Shown: positions 49,636 to 61,552, numbered from the stretch's first letter. The stretch is 64,000 nucleotides of DNA from Azolla caroliniana (GCA_043228905.1 JBHGNT010000009.1:17050001-17114000), one strand, 5' to 3'. Notes: generated by a model not told the origin, from the letters alone. Translations and numbers: made by a program.

Positions 49636-52398
49636 TCCACCCCCACCAAACCCGCACATCCTCCGGTATGTGCTGAGAAAGGTGAAGAGGTGAGATCTTT
49701 GGCAACGGTGATCAACCGAGTTCCTCTGCATGCTCGTCTGACTTCGTCTTCCACTTCGAGTATGCGCAATCTTTCCAACCGAACCACCGTAGCCACCCGA
49801 TCCACCATATCCGACGCTCACACCTTCTTCCCCGGTCGGTTGTAGTAGATCTACCGAACGATGTCGTCGATCCGACCGCCCTTCCTTCGTCCACCGCGCG
49901 TGTCCTTCGATTGGACTCCTGGCCACTCCTCGCGCTCACCGTCTTCAACTGGGTATTGTGGATCGTTCGTGTCGATCTCCGATTAGGCCGGGTTTGCCCT
50001 TGTCCGGATCGGTCTCCACCGATCGCTTCTTGGCTTGGTTGGCCTTCGTCTGCATTCACATTTCGTGCTCGACCGATTGATTCGTGCCGGGTCGGCCCCC
50101 TTTTGGATCGGGATTGTCCGATTGATTTCGTCTGAATCAGGTTTCGGTCGGGTCAGCCCCGGTCGATCGGCTCCCATGTGGATCTTCCTTCGTTCCTGTC
50201 CGCCACATCCTTTATCTTCGGTCTTATGTCGACACATGATCTCGACTACCAAAGTCTCTAGAACCAGTGTGAAGGAATCCCTTCGTTCATGCACATTTAC
50301 CTTGTCTTCCTCATCGCCCTTCTGGTCGTCCGTTTTTTCGTCCACACATTCCGTCTCTCCGGTCTCATGTTGGCGCACATGCACAATCGCCGAAGTCTCT
50401 AGAATAGGTGTGGGGATATCCTTTCTTCCTCGATCTTCTTCCTCCTTGTGTTGGGCCTTTGTCTTCCCGTCACCACCTTCCATCTCTCTCGTCTCACGTT
50501 GGCACATGAGCGCAACCGCCGAAGTCTCTGGAACAATCGTGGAGAAAGTCTTGACATGGCTATCCGTTGTCGACTCGTCCATAGCCACCTCCGACTCGAT
50601 GTCGTTTGTCATGGCTACCTCCTCAATCTCTTCAGACTCAAACACTTTATCTCCCTCGATCATGCAAGCTTTTCTCATGCTTGCACCGTCATCACCCGAT
50701 GTTTCGTACACAATGCGTGTTCCGAAACATTTATCCTCCCTCGAAGTGGCGTTCGCCGTCCTCGAGTCATCAGCCTCCTCCTTGGCCGTCATTTCTTCGT
50801 AAGACAAGAAGGTGACTTGTTTCACACCTTCTCTCTCGGTACCGTCATACCGAACCTGAGCCTTTGTATCGGCCACTTCATTAACCCACATTTGTTGGGA
50901 GGTCTCTTCTTCCTCGATCACCATTCGCCTCAGTTTTGTCTCCCTTTTAAGCTTTATTTCTTTTGTTGGTGGCGCGTTGCTGCATCTCGCCCCTCTTCGA
51001 TCGTCCCTCATGGGCCGTCTTGTTGTCGTTGATATTCTCGCTCGCCCCTTATCGTGTAGTCGGCATACACTTCCCACTTTGCTCCAATCCTCGATGAGGC
51101 CATTTGCAGCATCATCTTCTTCGAGTTTGAGGCAGATGGACATCCTTTCCATTCGACCGATTGACTTCACGAACATAAGGACCTTATCGACCCCCACTAA
51201 TCTTTGTTCCCGCTCTGAGAGTTGAGAAAAACGATGCTCGAAGTCTACGAATGCTTGTTTCGTGCCTTCGTGGGTCTTCGCCGATGTCACCCATTGGTCG
51301 AAGTTGCGTCGATCTCGTCCCTTCAGTTTCTCTTAGCCATATTCCTCCAATAGAGCCTTCTCGAAAGTCGCCCACGAATCATGAGCTTCTAGAAGCTCTT
51401 TTACATCTTTGAAGATCGGTTGAGACACCACCCGACAAAAGTACTCTAGCCTCATAGCTTTGTCCACACCTCTTGAATCCATCTCCGCATTGTAGACTTT
51501 TTAGGAAACTTTGGACTTCGGCACCGTTGAAATAGCTCACTCGCTCGACTACCCTATCGACGGCTTGTTGGGCTTCATTTCTTCTTTTCCCTTCTCTTAG
51601 AAACTCCATCATCCTTTTTGACATTGCCTCCATGAGATATTCGCCATCCATCTTCGTCCTCCCTTGCTGCTCTTCACGTCGGGTTCACCAACTGTGTCGT
51701 GCCCTACGGCTCCGGATCGTTGCGTGAGTCGGGTGGGAACCGCCGAGGTTTTTGACTAGGAGGAAGAGGAATACAACTTAAGGCTAGTTATGAATAGTGG
51801 AAAGAGAATTAAGATAGCAATCTCGTGAATCCCACGAGTTTAGTGTATTTAAAACAATATTTAGATTATAAGAGTAATTTAGATGGCAAAATTCGTGAAT
51901 CCCACGAATATATTAGATTGATCAATCCTTGTATATTAATCAACAACCTTATACATATTTCTCTCCTCCTTATATAAAGATGGAAGAGGCTAAGCATGGC
52001 TTCATGCTTTTTCACCAACTGTGTCCATGCACACTAAATGTGCATGTGATGCTTTGTCATTTCCTAAGTATAGGGCTCATGCACGCTAGATGTGCATGAG
52101 TCACTTTTAATGTCACGTGTAAATAAAATATTCACACCCTAAAGAATACATGATTTTTACCTTTTAATAAAGGTATGTGTAAATAAAGGTCTTATACGTA
52201 TTAAATCTATATATATAACACTAAAGATAAGTCATTACAATGGTAAAGTTGGGGTTTATCTATGTAGAGGTGTAGGGTTCGAATCCTGCCCTATGCACGT
52301 GATAAATGTTTTGATATATTATTTATTTATTTATATGTATCTAAAATCGGATATATTATTTTATGGTTTTCACGTAGTGTGTGGAATACACTACGACA
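49636..52398 (-). mobile_element. Non-autonomous gag-only Gypsy relative (copy D) with alpha 5' LTR at 51695-52398
   Basis: PBS 51674-51690; gag-like ORFs 51379-51651 and 49983-51290; no pol; PPT 49636-49650. Confidence 0.8.
52231..52298 (+). promoter_or_regulatory. tRNA-like Pol III module in alpha LTR, antisense
   Basis: TTACAATGGTAA...GGGTTCGAATCCTGC. Confidence 0.55.
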
Positions 52399-52824
52399 CT
52401 GCACCTTCTTGAAGTCGGCACTTAAGGGGAGGATAATGTCAGGAACATCGACTCGAATGTGAACCTTAGGCCCTTGTATATATATTTCTCCTAGACAAAC
52501 TTTAGACTTCAAACTTTTGTATAAACAGTGGTATGTAAGACCTAATATGTAAGAATCAGTATGTAAGACTCAGTATGTAAGACTTGGCATGAAAGACTTG
52601 GCATGCAAGAATTAGTATGCTTGATATTATAGTATGTAAGACTTGGCATGAGCATGCTTATCATGCATCACTACATGTATAAAAAGGGTTGATCTCCCTT
52701 GTTAACATCAAGGAGATCAACACCAGTCATGGAATAGATATTTTCACTCATTGTCATCAACTTCTCAATCTCCCTATCTCATCAACTTCCCCATCTCTTT
52801 CGCCCCAATTATTCATCCGTGACA
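52399..52824 (+). mobile_element. 3' end of an LTR element (PPT + LTR 52437-52824), chromovirus-like
   Basis: AAGGGGAGGATAA then TGTCA...TGACA; GTATGTAAGAC-type repeats, TATA box, pyrimidine-rich U5. Confidence 0.7.
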
Positions 52825-52993
52825 ATATCTACAGTTGTTCGTGACATACTTCATATGATGAACGTGGATTGAACATGTGACGTTTGAATCTCTAGTGTCC
52901 CACTCTCCTAAAAAGGCTATCTAGGTATTTGATCGTTTCATTGTGCTAGATATGCATCACAATCATATGTCAAGTTGTTCGTGAAATCTTTTT

Positions 52994-53066
52994 TGCGGTG
53001 AACGTGGATTGAACACGTGACCTTCAGATCTTCAGTTTGACACTCTCCCAACTAAGCTATCCCCAC
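52994..53066 (-). pseudogene. tRNA-Phe(GAA), degenerate copy
   Basis: GTGGGGATAGCTTAG...CTGAAGA...TCACCGCA. Confidence 0.7.
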
Positions 53067-53953
53067 GTTTGATCCCACTTTCTGGGGAGTATAGATCAAC
53101 ATGATATAAGATGAACATGAATTCTACATGTGACCTTTATGTCATGAAGTTGATTCTATTCCCACATTTGATCATTCTTTTGTGGTAACTATAGTTCCAC
53201 ACGTGGTTCGTGACATATTTTGTGCGGTGAATATGGGACCGGTCATGTGACCTTGACATCTTCAATGGAATGATGTCCCAATTCACCAATCCCAACTTCT
53301 CATAGACCTCTTCCAGTGCATATATATCAAATTGTATCTCAAGTATTTCGGGATATATTTTCTTTAATGAACGTGGAGCATGAAGTTGACTCTATTCCCA
53401 CATTTGATCATTCTTTTGTGGTAACTATAGTTCCACACAATACCTCACGTGGTTCGTGACATATTTTGTGCGGTGAATATGGACCGGTCATGTGACCTTG
53501 ACATCTTCAATGGAACGATGTCCCAATTGACCAATACCAACTTCTCATAGACCTCTTCCAGTGCATATATATCAAATTGTATCTTAAGTTTTTCGGGATA
53601 TATTTTCTTTAATGAACGTGGATCTAACATGTGACCTTCAGTTTTTTAGTAAGACGCTCTCCGCACATTTGGTTATACTCTTGCGGTAACTAGGCATCAA
53701 CATGATATTTCAAGTGGTTCGCTACATATTTTGTGCGGAGAACTATTTCCGCATTTGATCACATTATAGCGGTGGACATAACTCATATCTGTAGTTGTTC
53801 GTGACATACTTCCTACGATGAACGTGGATTGAACATGTGACATTTAAATCTCTAGTGTGCCACTCTCCCAAAAAAGCTATCCGGGTACTTGATCGTTTCT
53901 TTGTGCTGAATGTGCATCAAAATCATATCTCAAGTTGTTTGTGACATCTTTTT

Positions 53954-54025
53954 TGCGGTGAACGTGGATCAAACACGTGATCTTCAGATCTTTAGTCTGA
54001 TGCTTTCCCAACTGACCTATCCCAC
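53954..54025 (-). pseudogene. tRNA-Phe pseudogene with AAA anticodon
   Basis: CTAAAGA loop, C56T. Confidence 0.7.
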
Positions 54026-54827
54026 TTCTCTGAGGATTATAGTTCAACATGATGTAAGGTGAACGTGAATTCAACATCTGACATTTATGCCATGACATTG
54101 ACTCTCTTCCAACATTTGATCATTCTTTTGTGGTAACTCTAGTTCCACACGATACCTCAAGTGGTTTGAGACATATTTTGTGTGGTGAACATGGATCGGT
54201 CATGTAACCTTGACATCTTCAATGGAACAATGTCCCAATTCCAACTTCTCATCGTACTCTTGTAGTGGATATAGATCAAAATTATATCTCAGGTGTTTCA
54301 CGATATATTTTCTTTAATGAACCTGGATCAATCCAGTTGCCTTGACTTTTTGAGTATGACGCTCTACCAACATTTGATTATACTCTTGTGGTAACTAGGG
54401 ATCAACATGATATCTCAAGTGGTTCACTACATATTTTGTGTGGTAAACGTTTTCCGCATTTGATCGAATTATTGCAGTGAAGATAATCGTTTTCAACATT
54501 TTTCCTACTTCTAGAATGAAACGATATCTCAAGTGGTTCGTTATATACTTTGTGTCGTGAATATATATCTGAGCATGAAGTCTTCAATCTGACACTCTAC
54601 CAACTGAGCTATCCCTGAATTTGATTTTTCTCTTGTAGTTGATGTGGATCTAAATCATATCTCCAGTTATTCGCGTCATATTTCCAACAATGAACGTGAA
54701 GTGAACATGTGACGTTCAAATCTCTCGTGTGCCAATCTCCCAAAATAGTTATCCCAGGGTATTTGATCATTTCTTTGTGGTGGATGTGGATTAAGATCAT
54801 CTCCAAGGTTGTTTGTGACATCTTTTT

Positions 54828-54900
54828 TGCGGTGAATGTGGATCGAACACGTGACCTTCAAATCTTCAGTCTGACGCTTGCCCAATTGAGCTAACCCCAC
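54828..54900 (-). pseudogene. tRNA-Phe(GAA), degenerate copy
   Basis: 73-nt match with D-arm changes. Confidence 0.7.
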
Positions 54901-55005
54901 GTTTGACCCCAGTTTTCCGGGGTATATAAATCAACATGATATACCATGAACATGAATTCAACAAATGACCTTTATGTGATCCAGTTGATTCTCTTCCCAC
55001 ATTTT

Positions 55006-56018
55006 TTTAATTTTTTTTTTCCATAAAAATATGCTCAATTAGTATTAATAAAAAGCCAAAGGCAATATACAAATAGTACATAATACTGTTTCCTCTGCAC
55101 AAATACATATTATCAAAAAAACTACATTGTTGCCAATAACACCTTTGCTAGTAGAGCACATATAAACCTTGAGAAAATTCCATTGCTACGTCGAGCTATA
55201 AGACCACATATAAACCTTGAGAAGGCCTCCACTTTAGCACGAATAAGCCTCTTTATCACCTCTTTTCCATTCACCTTTGCTTGAACATGTGGGACATTGT
55301 CCAACCAGAACCATTCTCTGCCATTTAACTTTGTTGCCACTACCATTGATTTATATTCCATGGGATCATATGCTGAAAATGTACGATGTTTTGGAGACAT
55401 CTCGATGAGGCAGCCATAGAACAAATCAAATAGCCATAGAACACAACAACACCCATATGTAATGAAAGCCCATAATACTGCCACCTCCTTCTTTCCCTTG
55501 AAAACAATTGGGTATTCATCACAAACTCAACTAGTTTCTCTTTGGCATCCCATCTGCTTTTCTTCAATCTCCTACAGAAACTAGCTCAATCTCATACAGA
55601 ATAAGACAGATTAAAATGGCTCAATGTCATACAGAATAACACTCAGTTTTGTGCCCGTTTCTTGGACTTTAACTTTCCCATGTGATGTATCCTTTTCTAC
55701 CAGTTTGACAGTAAAAATCCCCTCTCTCCAATCAAGTTGTTGAGGTAATCTGCTTCTTCTTGGTCGTAGTCTTCTTCTAGCTCTGTAAACATCGGCTTAA
55801 ACATTGCCAAAAAACCTGGTTTCTCTTCAGCCTGCTGATCTTCTCAGTATTTATATATCTTTCTCGGCCTTTTTCCAATGCAAGATTCATAACCTGTCCA
55901 AACTCTTGGACCTGTAAACATCGGCTTAAACATTGCCAAAAAACCTGGTTTCTCTTTAGCCTGCCCATCTTCTCAGTCTTTATATACCTTTCTCTGCCTT
56001 TTTCCAATCCAAGATTGA
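55006..56018 (-). mobile_element. Poly(A)-tailed retroposed insertion of unknown origin
   Basis: T-tract at 55002-55020; TSD ACATTTT at 54999-55005 and 56019-56025; the array resumes in register. Confidence 0.7.
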
Positions 56019-56747
56019 ACATTTTAACATTCTTTTGCGGTAATTATATCAATACGATACCTCAAGTGGTTCACGTCATATTTTTTGTGGTAAACATGGA
56101 TAGCTCATGTGACCTTGACATCTTCAATCGAACGATGTCCCAATTCACCAATCCCAATTTCTCATCGACCTCTTCCAATGCATATAGATCAAAATTATAT
56201 CTCAAGAGTTTCGCGATATATTTTATATAATGAACCTGGATCGAGCACGTGAGCTTGAGATTTTGAGTATGACACTCTCCCCACATTTGATTATACTCTT
56301 GCGGTAACTAGGGATCAACATGATATCATCTCAAGTGGCTCGCTACATATTTTGGGCAGTGAAAATTTTCCACATTTGATCGAATTATTGTGGTGAATAT
56401 AATCATTTTCGACATTTTTCCTACTTCTAGAATGAAACGATATCTCAAGTGGTTCGTGACATATTTTGTGCCGTGAATATATATCCAACATCTGAGCATG
56501 CAGTCCTCAATCTGACACTCTGCCAACTGAGCTATTCCTACATTATTTTTTCCTCTTGTGGTTGCGTGGATTTAAATCATATCTCCAGTTATTCGCGACA
56601 TATTTTCGACGATGAATGTGGATTGAATAAGTGACGTTCAAATCTCTAGTGTGCCAATCTCCCAAAATACCTATCCAGGTATTTGATCATTTCTTTGTGG
56701 TGGATGTGAATCAAAATCATATCTCAGGTTGTTCGTGACATCTTTTT

Positions 56748-56820
56748 CGCAGTGAATGTGGATCGAACAGGTGATCTTCATATCTTCAGTCTGACGCTCT
56801 CCCAATTGAGCTATCCCCGC
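56748..56820 (-). pseudogene. tRNA-Phe(GAA), degenerate copy
   Basis: GCGGGGATAGCTCAATTGGGAGAGCG...CTGAAGA; T-stem mutated. Confidence 0.7.
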
Positions 56821-57334
56821 GTTTGACCCCAAATTTTCCGGGGATTATAGATCAACATGATATACCATGAGCATGAATTCAACAAGTGATCTTTATGTGA
56901 TCAATTTGATTATCTTCCCACATTTTAACATTCTTTTGTGGTAATTATAGTTCAATACGATAGGTCAAGTGGTTCGCATCATATTTTGTGTCGTAAATGT
57001 GGATAGATCATGTGACCTTCACATCTTCAATGGAACGATGTCCCAATTCACCAATCCCAACTTCTCATCGACCTCTTCCAATTGGATATATAGATCAAAA
57101 TTATATCTCAAGAGTTTCGTTATATAGTTTATATAATGAACCTGGATCAAGCACGTGAGCTTGAGATTATGAGTATGATGCTCTCCCCACATTTGATTAT
57201 ACTCTTGTGGTAACTAGGGATCAACATGATATCGCAAGTGGCTCACTACATATTTTGTGCGATGAACTTTTCGGCATTTGATAGAATTATTGTGGTGAAT
57301 ATAATTGTTTTCGACATTTTTTCAAATTCTAGAA

Positions 57335-60300
57335 TGTGATGAAGAAAAACGTGGAATATTGCTCAGTCACAACCGAGGCTTGAACACTTCTATGAGAATG
57401 GAGAACATAGAGATGGGAACTAAAGAGTGAACAGAAGATGTTTACGTGGATAACCCTAAATCGGAAAAACCACGGGAGCGCACAAACTCTGAACTATCAC
57501 TATGAAGAAAAGGGTACAATCGGAGACTCCTAGGCAATGACCTCGAGCTTAGTTTCTTCACCGAGCGGCAGTTACAACAGAGTATTGCTCGCTCTGTATC
57601 TCTCTCCCCCTCTGTCGCTCTCTCTATATCACAATATGACAATAACAACAACATTACAAAGTGATTGCCCTAAGTCATATTTATACTTATATGAACTTAG
57701 GGATATTTACAAATATAGGCTCAATAGGCTTACTCAAAACATATTTACAGATATGTCTTCTCTTCCAGTTCTCACCGGCTCTCCTCCGGTTTCCGGGCCT
57801 CTTCTGGTTCTCACCGGGTCCTCCTTATTCATCACTGGATCCCATCCGGAGAGACCGATTTCCCAACAATCTCCCCCTTCACTTCAGCATGGGATATCTT
57901 GTCAGCCCGATCCACGTTCGGCACGCGTCCAACTTGTCGGTTGTCAGCACCTTGGTCAACATGTCCGACCCGTTCTCCTTCGTGTGGATCTTCGTAAACA
58001 CAAACTGTTGATCTTCTACTCTCTCCCGGATCCAGTGGTACCTCCGCTGGATATGTTTGTTCGGGAATGGTAGGCCGCGTTCTTTGCAAGGTGGATGGCA
58101 CTTTGACTGTCGTAGTAGAGCCAATATTCCTCCCGTTGGATTCCTATCTCTCCGATGAAGTCCTTGCCGACTTCTACAGGTGCCATGTACTCCGCCTCTG
58201 TGGTTGACAATGCAACCGTCTTCTACAATGTAGACTGCCACAAAATAGCTCCCCCTACATAAGTCATGACATATCCAGATGTCGACCAACTAGTATCTGC
58301 ATCAGCCGAAATATCTGAATCCGTGAAACCATTGAGTTGGGGTTTCCCGGAGCCAAACCGGAGGCACATACTTGAGGTGCCTTTCAGATACCAGAGTATC
58401 CACTTGAGCACGTTCCAGTGCTCTCTTCCGGGATTGCTCATGAACTGGCTCACCACTCTGACTGCATGTCCGATATCCGGCTGGGTACATACCATCGCGT
58501 ACATCCAGCTCCTGACGGTAGAGGCATATGATATCTTCATCATATCCCTCTTCTTCGCCTTTGTGCTCGGGCTTTGTTTTCTGGATAGCTTGCATTTTGC
58601 CAGAAGTGTCGATCCGACCGGTTTCGCCTCCAACATGTTGAACCGTTGAAGCACCTTTGTCACATAATTCTCCTGTGACAGCCACAAAAGCTTCTTCCAT
58701 TGGTCCCGGATGATGTGCATTCCCAATATCTGTCTTGCCGGCCCCAAGTCTTTCATTGAGAAGGTCCGGTTCAAAGCCTTCTTCAGCATCCGAATCTTGC
58801 AGCCTTGGTCTCGTCTGACAATCTCCTCCATCAAATTTCTTCACAAACACGCAGTGATTGGCCTGCGTCTTGTGGTACCCTTGGTCGGTCATGAAGGAGT
58901 TGAACTTCTGGTACCATTTCCGGGGAGCTTGCTTCAGTCCGTATAGGCTCTTCATCAACCGACACACAAGGTGTTCCTTCCCTTTCCTTTCAAATCCTTC
59001 CAGTTGATGCATGTAGATCTCTTCTTCGAGGTCGCCATGTAGGAATGTCGTCTTGACGTCGAGTTGCTCTACCTTGAGGTCCATGCTTGCGACTATGCCC
59101 AATATCGTCTGGATGGATGTCATCTTTACAACCAGGGCCAAGATCTCATCAAAATCCACTCCTTTCTTCAGTTGGAAGCCCTTCACCACGATTTGGGCCT
59201 TACACCTAGGTGCATTTCCGGCATCTCCCAGTTTCAACTTGTACACCCACTTGTTCTAGAGTGCTCTATTCCCTTTCGGCAACTCCATCAGTTCATATGT
59301 GTGGTTCTCATAGAGGGAATCCATCTCATCCTATATGGCCCTCAACCACTTGCGGCTGTGGGTGTCTCTCTTTGCTTCTTCGAAGCTTTCTGGCTCCCCC
59401 TCATTGATTAGCAACACATGCTCTCCATCCGGAAATCTCAGGGGGGCTCTTCTCTCTCGGAGAGGATATCTCCGTCCTTGGTTTCTGACTGCTGGTTCCT
59501 CCGTTTTGTTGGGAAAATCGGTCTTTCCGGATGGGATCCGGTGGTGAATAAAGAGGACCCGGTGAGTACCGGAAGAGATCGGTGGACCTAGTAGGAACCG
59601 GAAGAGAGGACAGATTTGTAAATATGTCTTTAATAAGCCCATTGAGGCTATATTTGTAAATAGCCCTAAGTTCATATAACTATAAATATGACTTAGGGCA
59701 ATCACTTTAGTGTGTGAGTAAGAGTGTGATTGTGCTGCGATTATATTGTTGTAACTGTTGTACACTCAGAGCGATACTCTGTTGTAACCGCCACTGTGCG
59801 AAGAAACAGAGCTCGAGGTTGTTGGCTCTATGTCTCTGATTGTACCCCCTTTCTCTTCATAGTGATAGTTCGGAGTCTGTGGGCTCCCGTGGTTTTTCCC
59901 TATTAGGGTTTTCCATGTAAACATCCTGCGTCATTTTTCCTTGTGTAGTCTCCACTTCACATTTCTGTTTTTGATCTTATAGAAGTGTTTTACTACTCGG
60001 TAGTGGCGGAGCGATATTCCGCGCATTGCACTTCACCTCATCTGAATCCGATTCGGGATCTAGATCAGTTGTGGTATCTTCTTCTTCTTCTTCTTTGTCG
60101 GTCGGTTCAGTTTCTTGTCCATATCCGGCTGGTTCATCGAGTGTCATCCAGTTACTGGCTTGCGTCCGGTTCTTAATTGGGTATGTCCTTGTGTCCTCAA
60201 GATGGTTTTCAAAGAATGATCCGGAGTTCCTCACCTTCTCCGACTCCCAATCGGCAATGGTCTTGTCTTCCATGAAGACTATGTCTCGACTCTGGAACAC

Positions 60301-61275
60301 CTTCTTGTCGACCAGATCCCACACTCCGTAACCGAACTCATCATTGCCGTATCCAAGGAATATGCATGGCTTGGACTTCGGATCCAACTTTGCTCTCTTG
60401 TCCTTTGGAACATGCACATATGCGAGACACCTGAACACCTTGAAGATGCCGGTAAGATACATCTTTACCGGTCCATACTTTCTGAGGTGAGTCTCCTTCC
60501 AAGGGTACTGAGGGTGATGATCTATTTATCACATGGAGAGCTATCGTCAGCGCCTCAGCCCAAAACGTCTTGGGTAACTTTGCATGTGCGCTATAGCATG
60601 CTCCAGACTCTCTCCATTATGGTCTGGTTCATCCTTTCGGCCAACCTGTTTAGTTCTGACATCTTAGGCACAGTAAACTTGAGCCGAATTCCCTTCGACT
60701 AGCAATACTCCTCGAACTGCCCTCGATATTCTCTTCCGTTATCTGCTCGAACTGCTTTTAGCTTCCAGCCGGTTTCTCTTTCCACTCTCACGTGGAGCTC
60801 CTTGAAGATGGATAACACCTGATCCTTCGTATGCACCAGCTCCAGTGGAGCATTCCGTCTCAACAGTGGTCTTGACCAGAAGGATGTTCGGTTTTGCTTG
60901 CCGGTCAAGCAATCGGTGCACTTCTCCAGTTGCACGTCCTTCACCAGAATGAGGTTGTCTTCGGCAAGCCTCTTTCATCCCCATTCTAGCTCATGTGACA
61001 CAGTCTTTTGTGCCACAGCTCACCGGTAGTGTCAAATGCTACATTCACTTCTTCCCGACATATCCGGGCATTCATCAAGTACAATGTGTTGATCTTCCAG
61101 GCTCAAGCCACTATCAAGCTTCCCTTGTTGAACTTTATAACACCGTTCCGGATGCTACCCGTATAGCCTTCATCATCTAGTCGACCGGTTGATATCAGGT
61201 TCAGTCGAACCTTCGAAACGTGTCAGACATCCTTCAACAACAACTTGCATACGGTTGACGTCGTTAACAACACGT
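57335..61275 (-). mobile_element. Tork/Tnt1-like Copia, degenerate (3' LTR 57335-57868, RH, RT, IN)
   Basis: Homologous to the 39489-43562 polyprotein; PPT next to 57868; interrupted at 61276. Confidence 0.9.
59507..60035 (+). mobile_element. Solo LTR of a related Copia family, antisense within the element
   Basis: TGTTGGGAAAATCGGTCT matches the reverse complement of the 57868 end; no TSD found. Confidence 0.8.
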
Positions 61276-61296
61276 TGTCATGATAACACTCACATC

Positions 61297-61365
61297 ATGC
61301 ATCGAAAGGATTTGAACCCACGACCTTGTTGTACAAATGTCAAATCCTTATCCATTGTATTAATA
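61297..61365 (-). promoter_or_regulatory. tRNA-like Pol III module in chromovirus LTR, antisense
   Basis: Reverse complement reads TAATACAATGGATAAG...AAGGTCGTGGGTTCAAATCC. Confidence 0.55.
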
Positions 61366-61430
61366 TTCTTATATGTATAGTTTTTAGAATATGAAATCTA
61401 ATATCATGGGAATATTCTATATTACTCTAC

Positions 61431-61552
61431 ATTCTAGAGTGACCTAGAATATTCTATAGTGTTCTATATCACTAGAACCTTCTAGAATACTCTAGAGATC
61501 TTCTAGATTAATCTACATTCTAGGATAACCTAGAATATTCTAGAGTGTTCTC
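61431..61552. promoter_or_regulatory. Heat-shock-element cluster in LTR U3
   Basis: aGAAccTTCtaGAAt at 61474-61488 and GAAtaTTC copies upstream of TATAAATA (~61560). Confidence 0.55.

Larger units (their letters stand above)
52825..57334 (-). repeat. Inverted block of the tRNA-Phe higher-order array
   Basis: Same monomer series in reverse complement, four tRNA copies. Confidence 0.92.

Noticed and set aside
34764-52398. Single transposon with ~700-bp terminal inverted repeats
   Set aside because: The arms are LTRs each followed by a PBS; flanks AACGC and CTGCA form no TSD; no transposase is present
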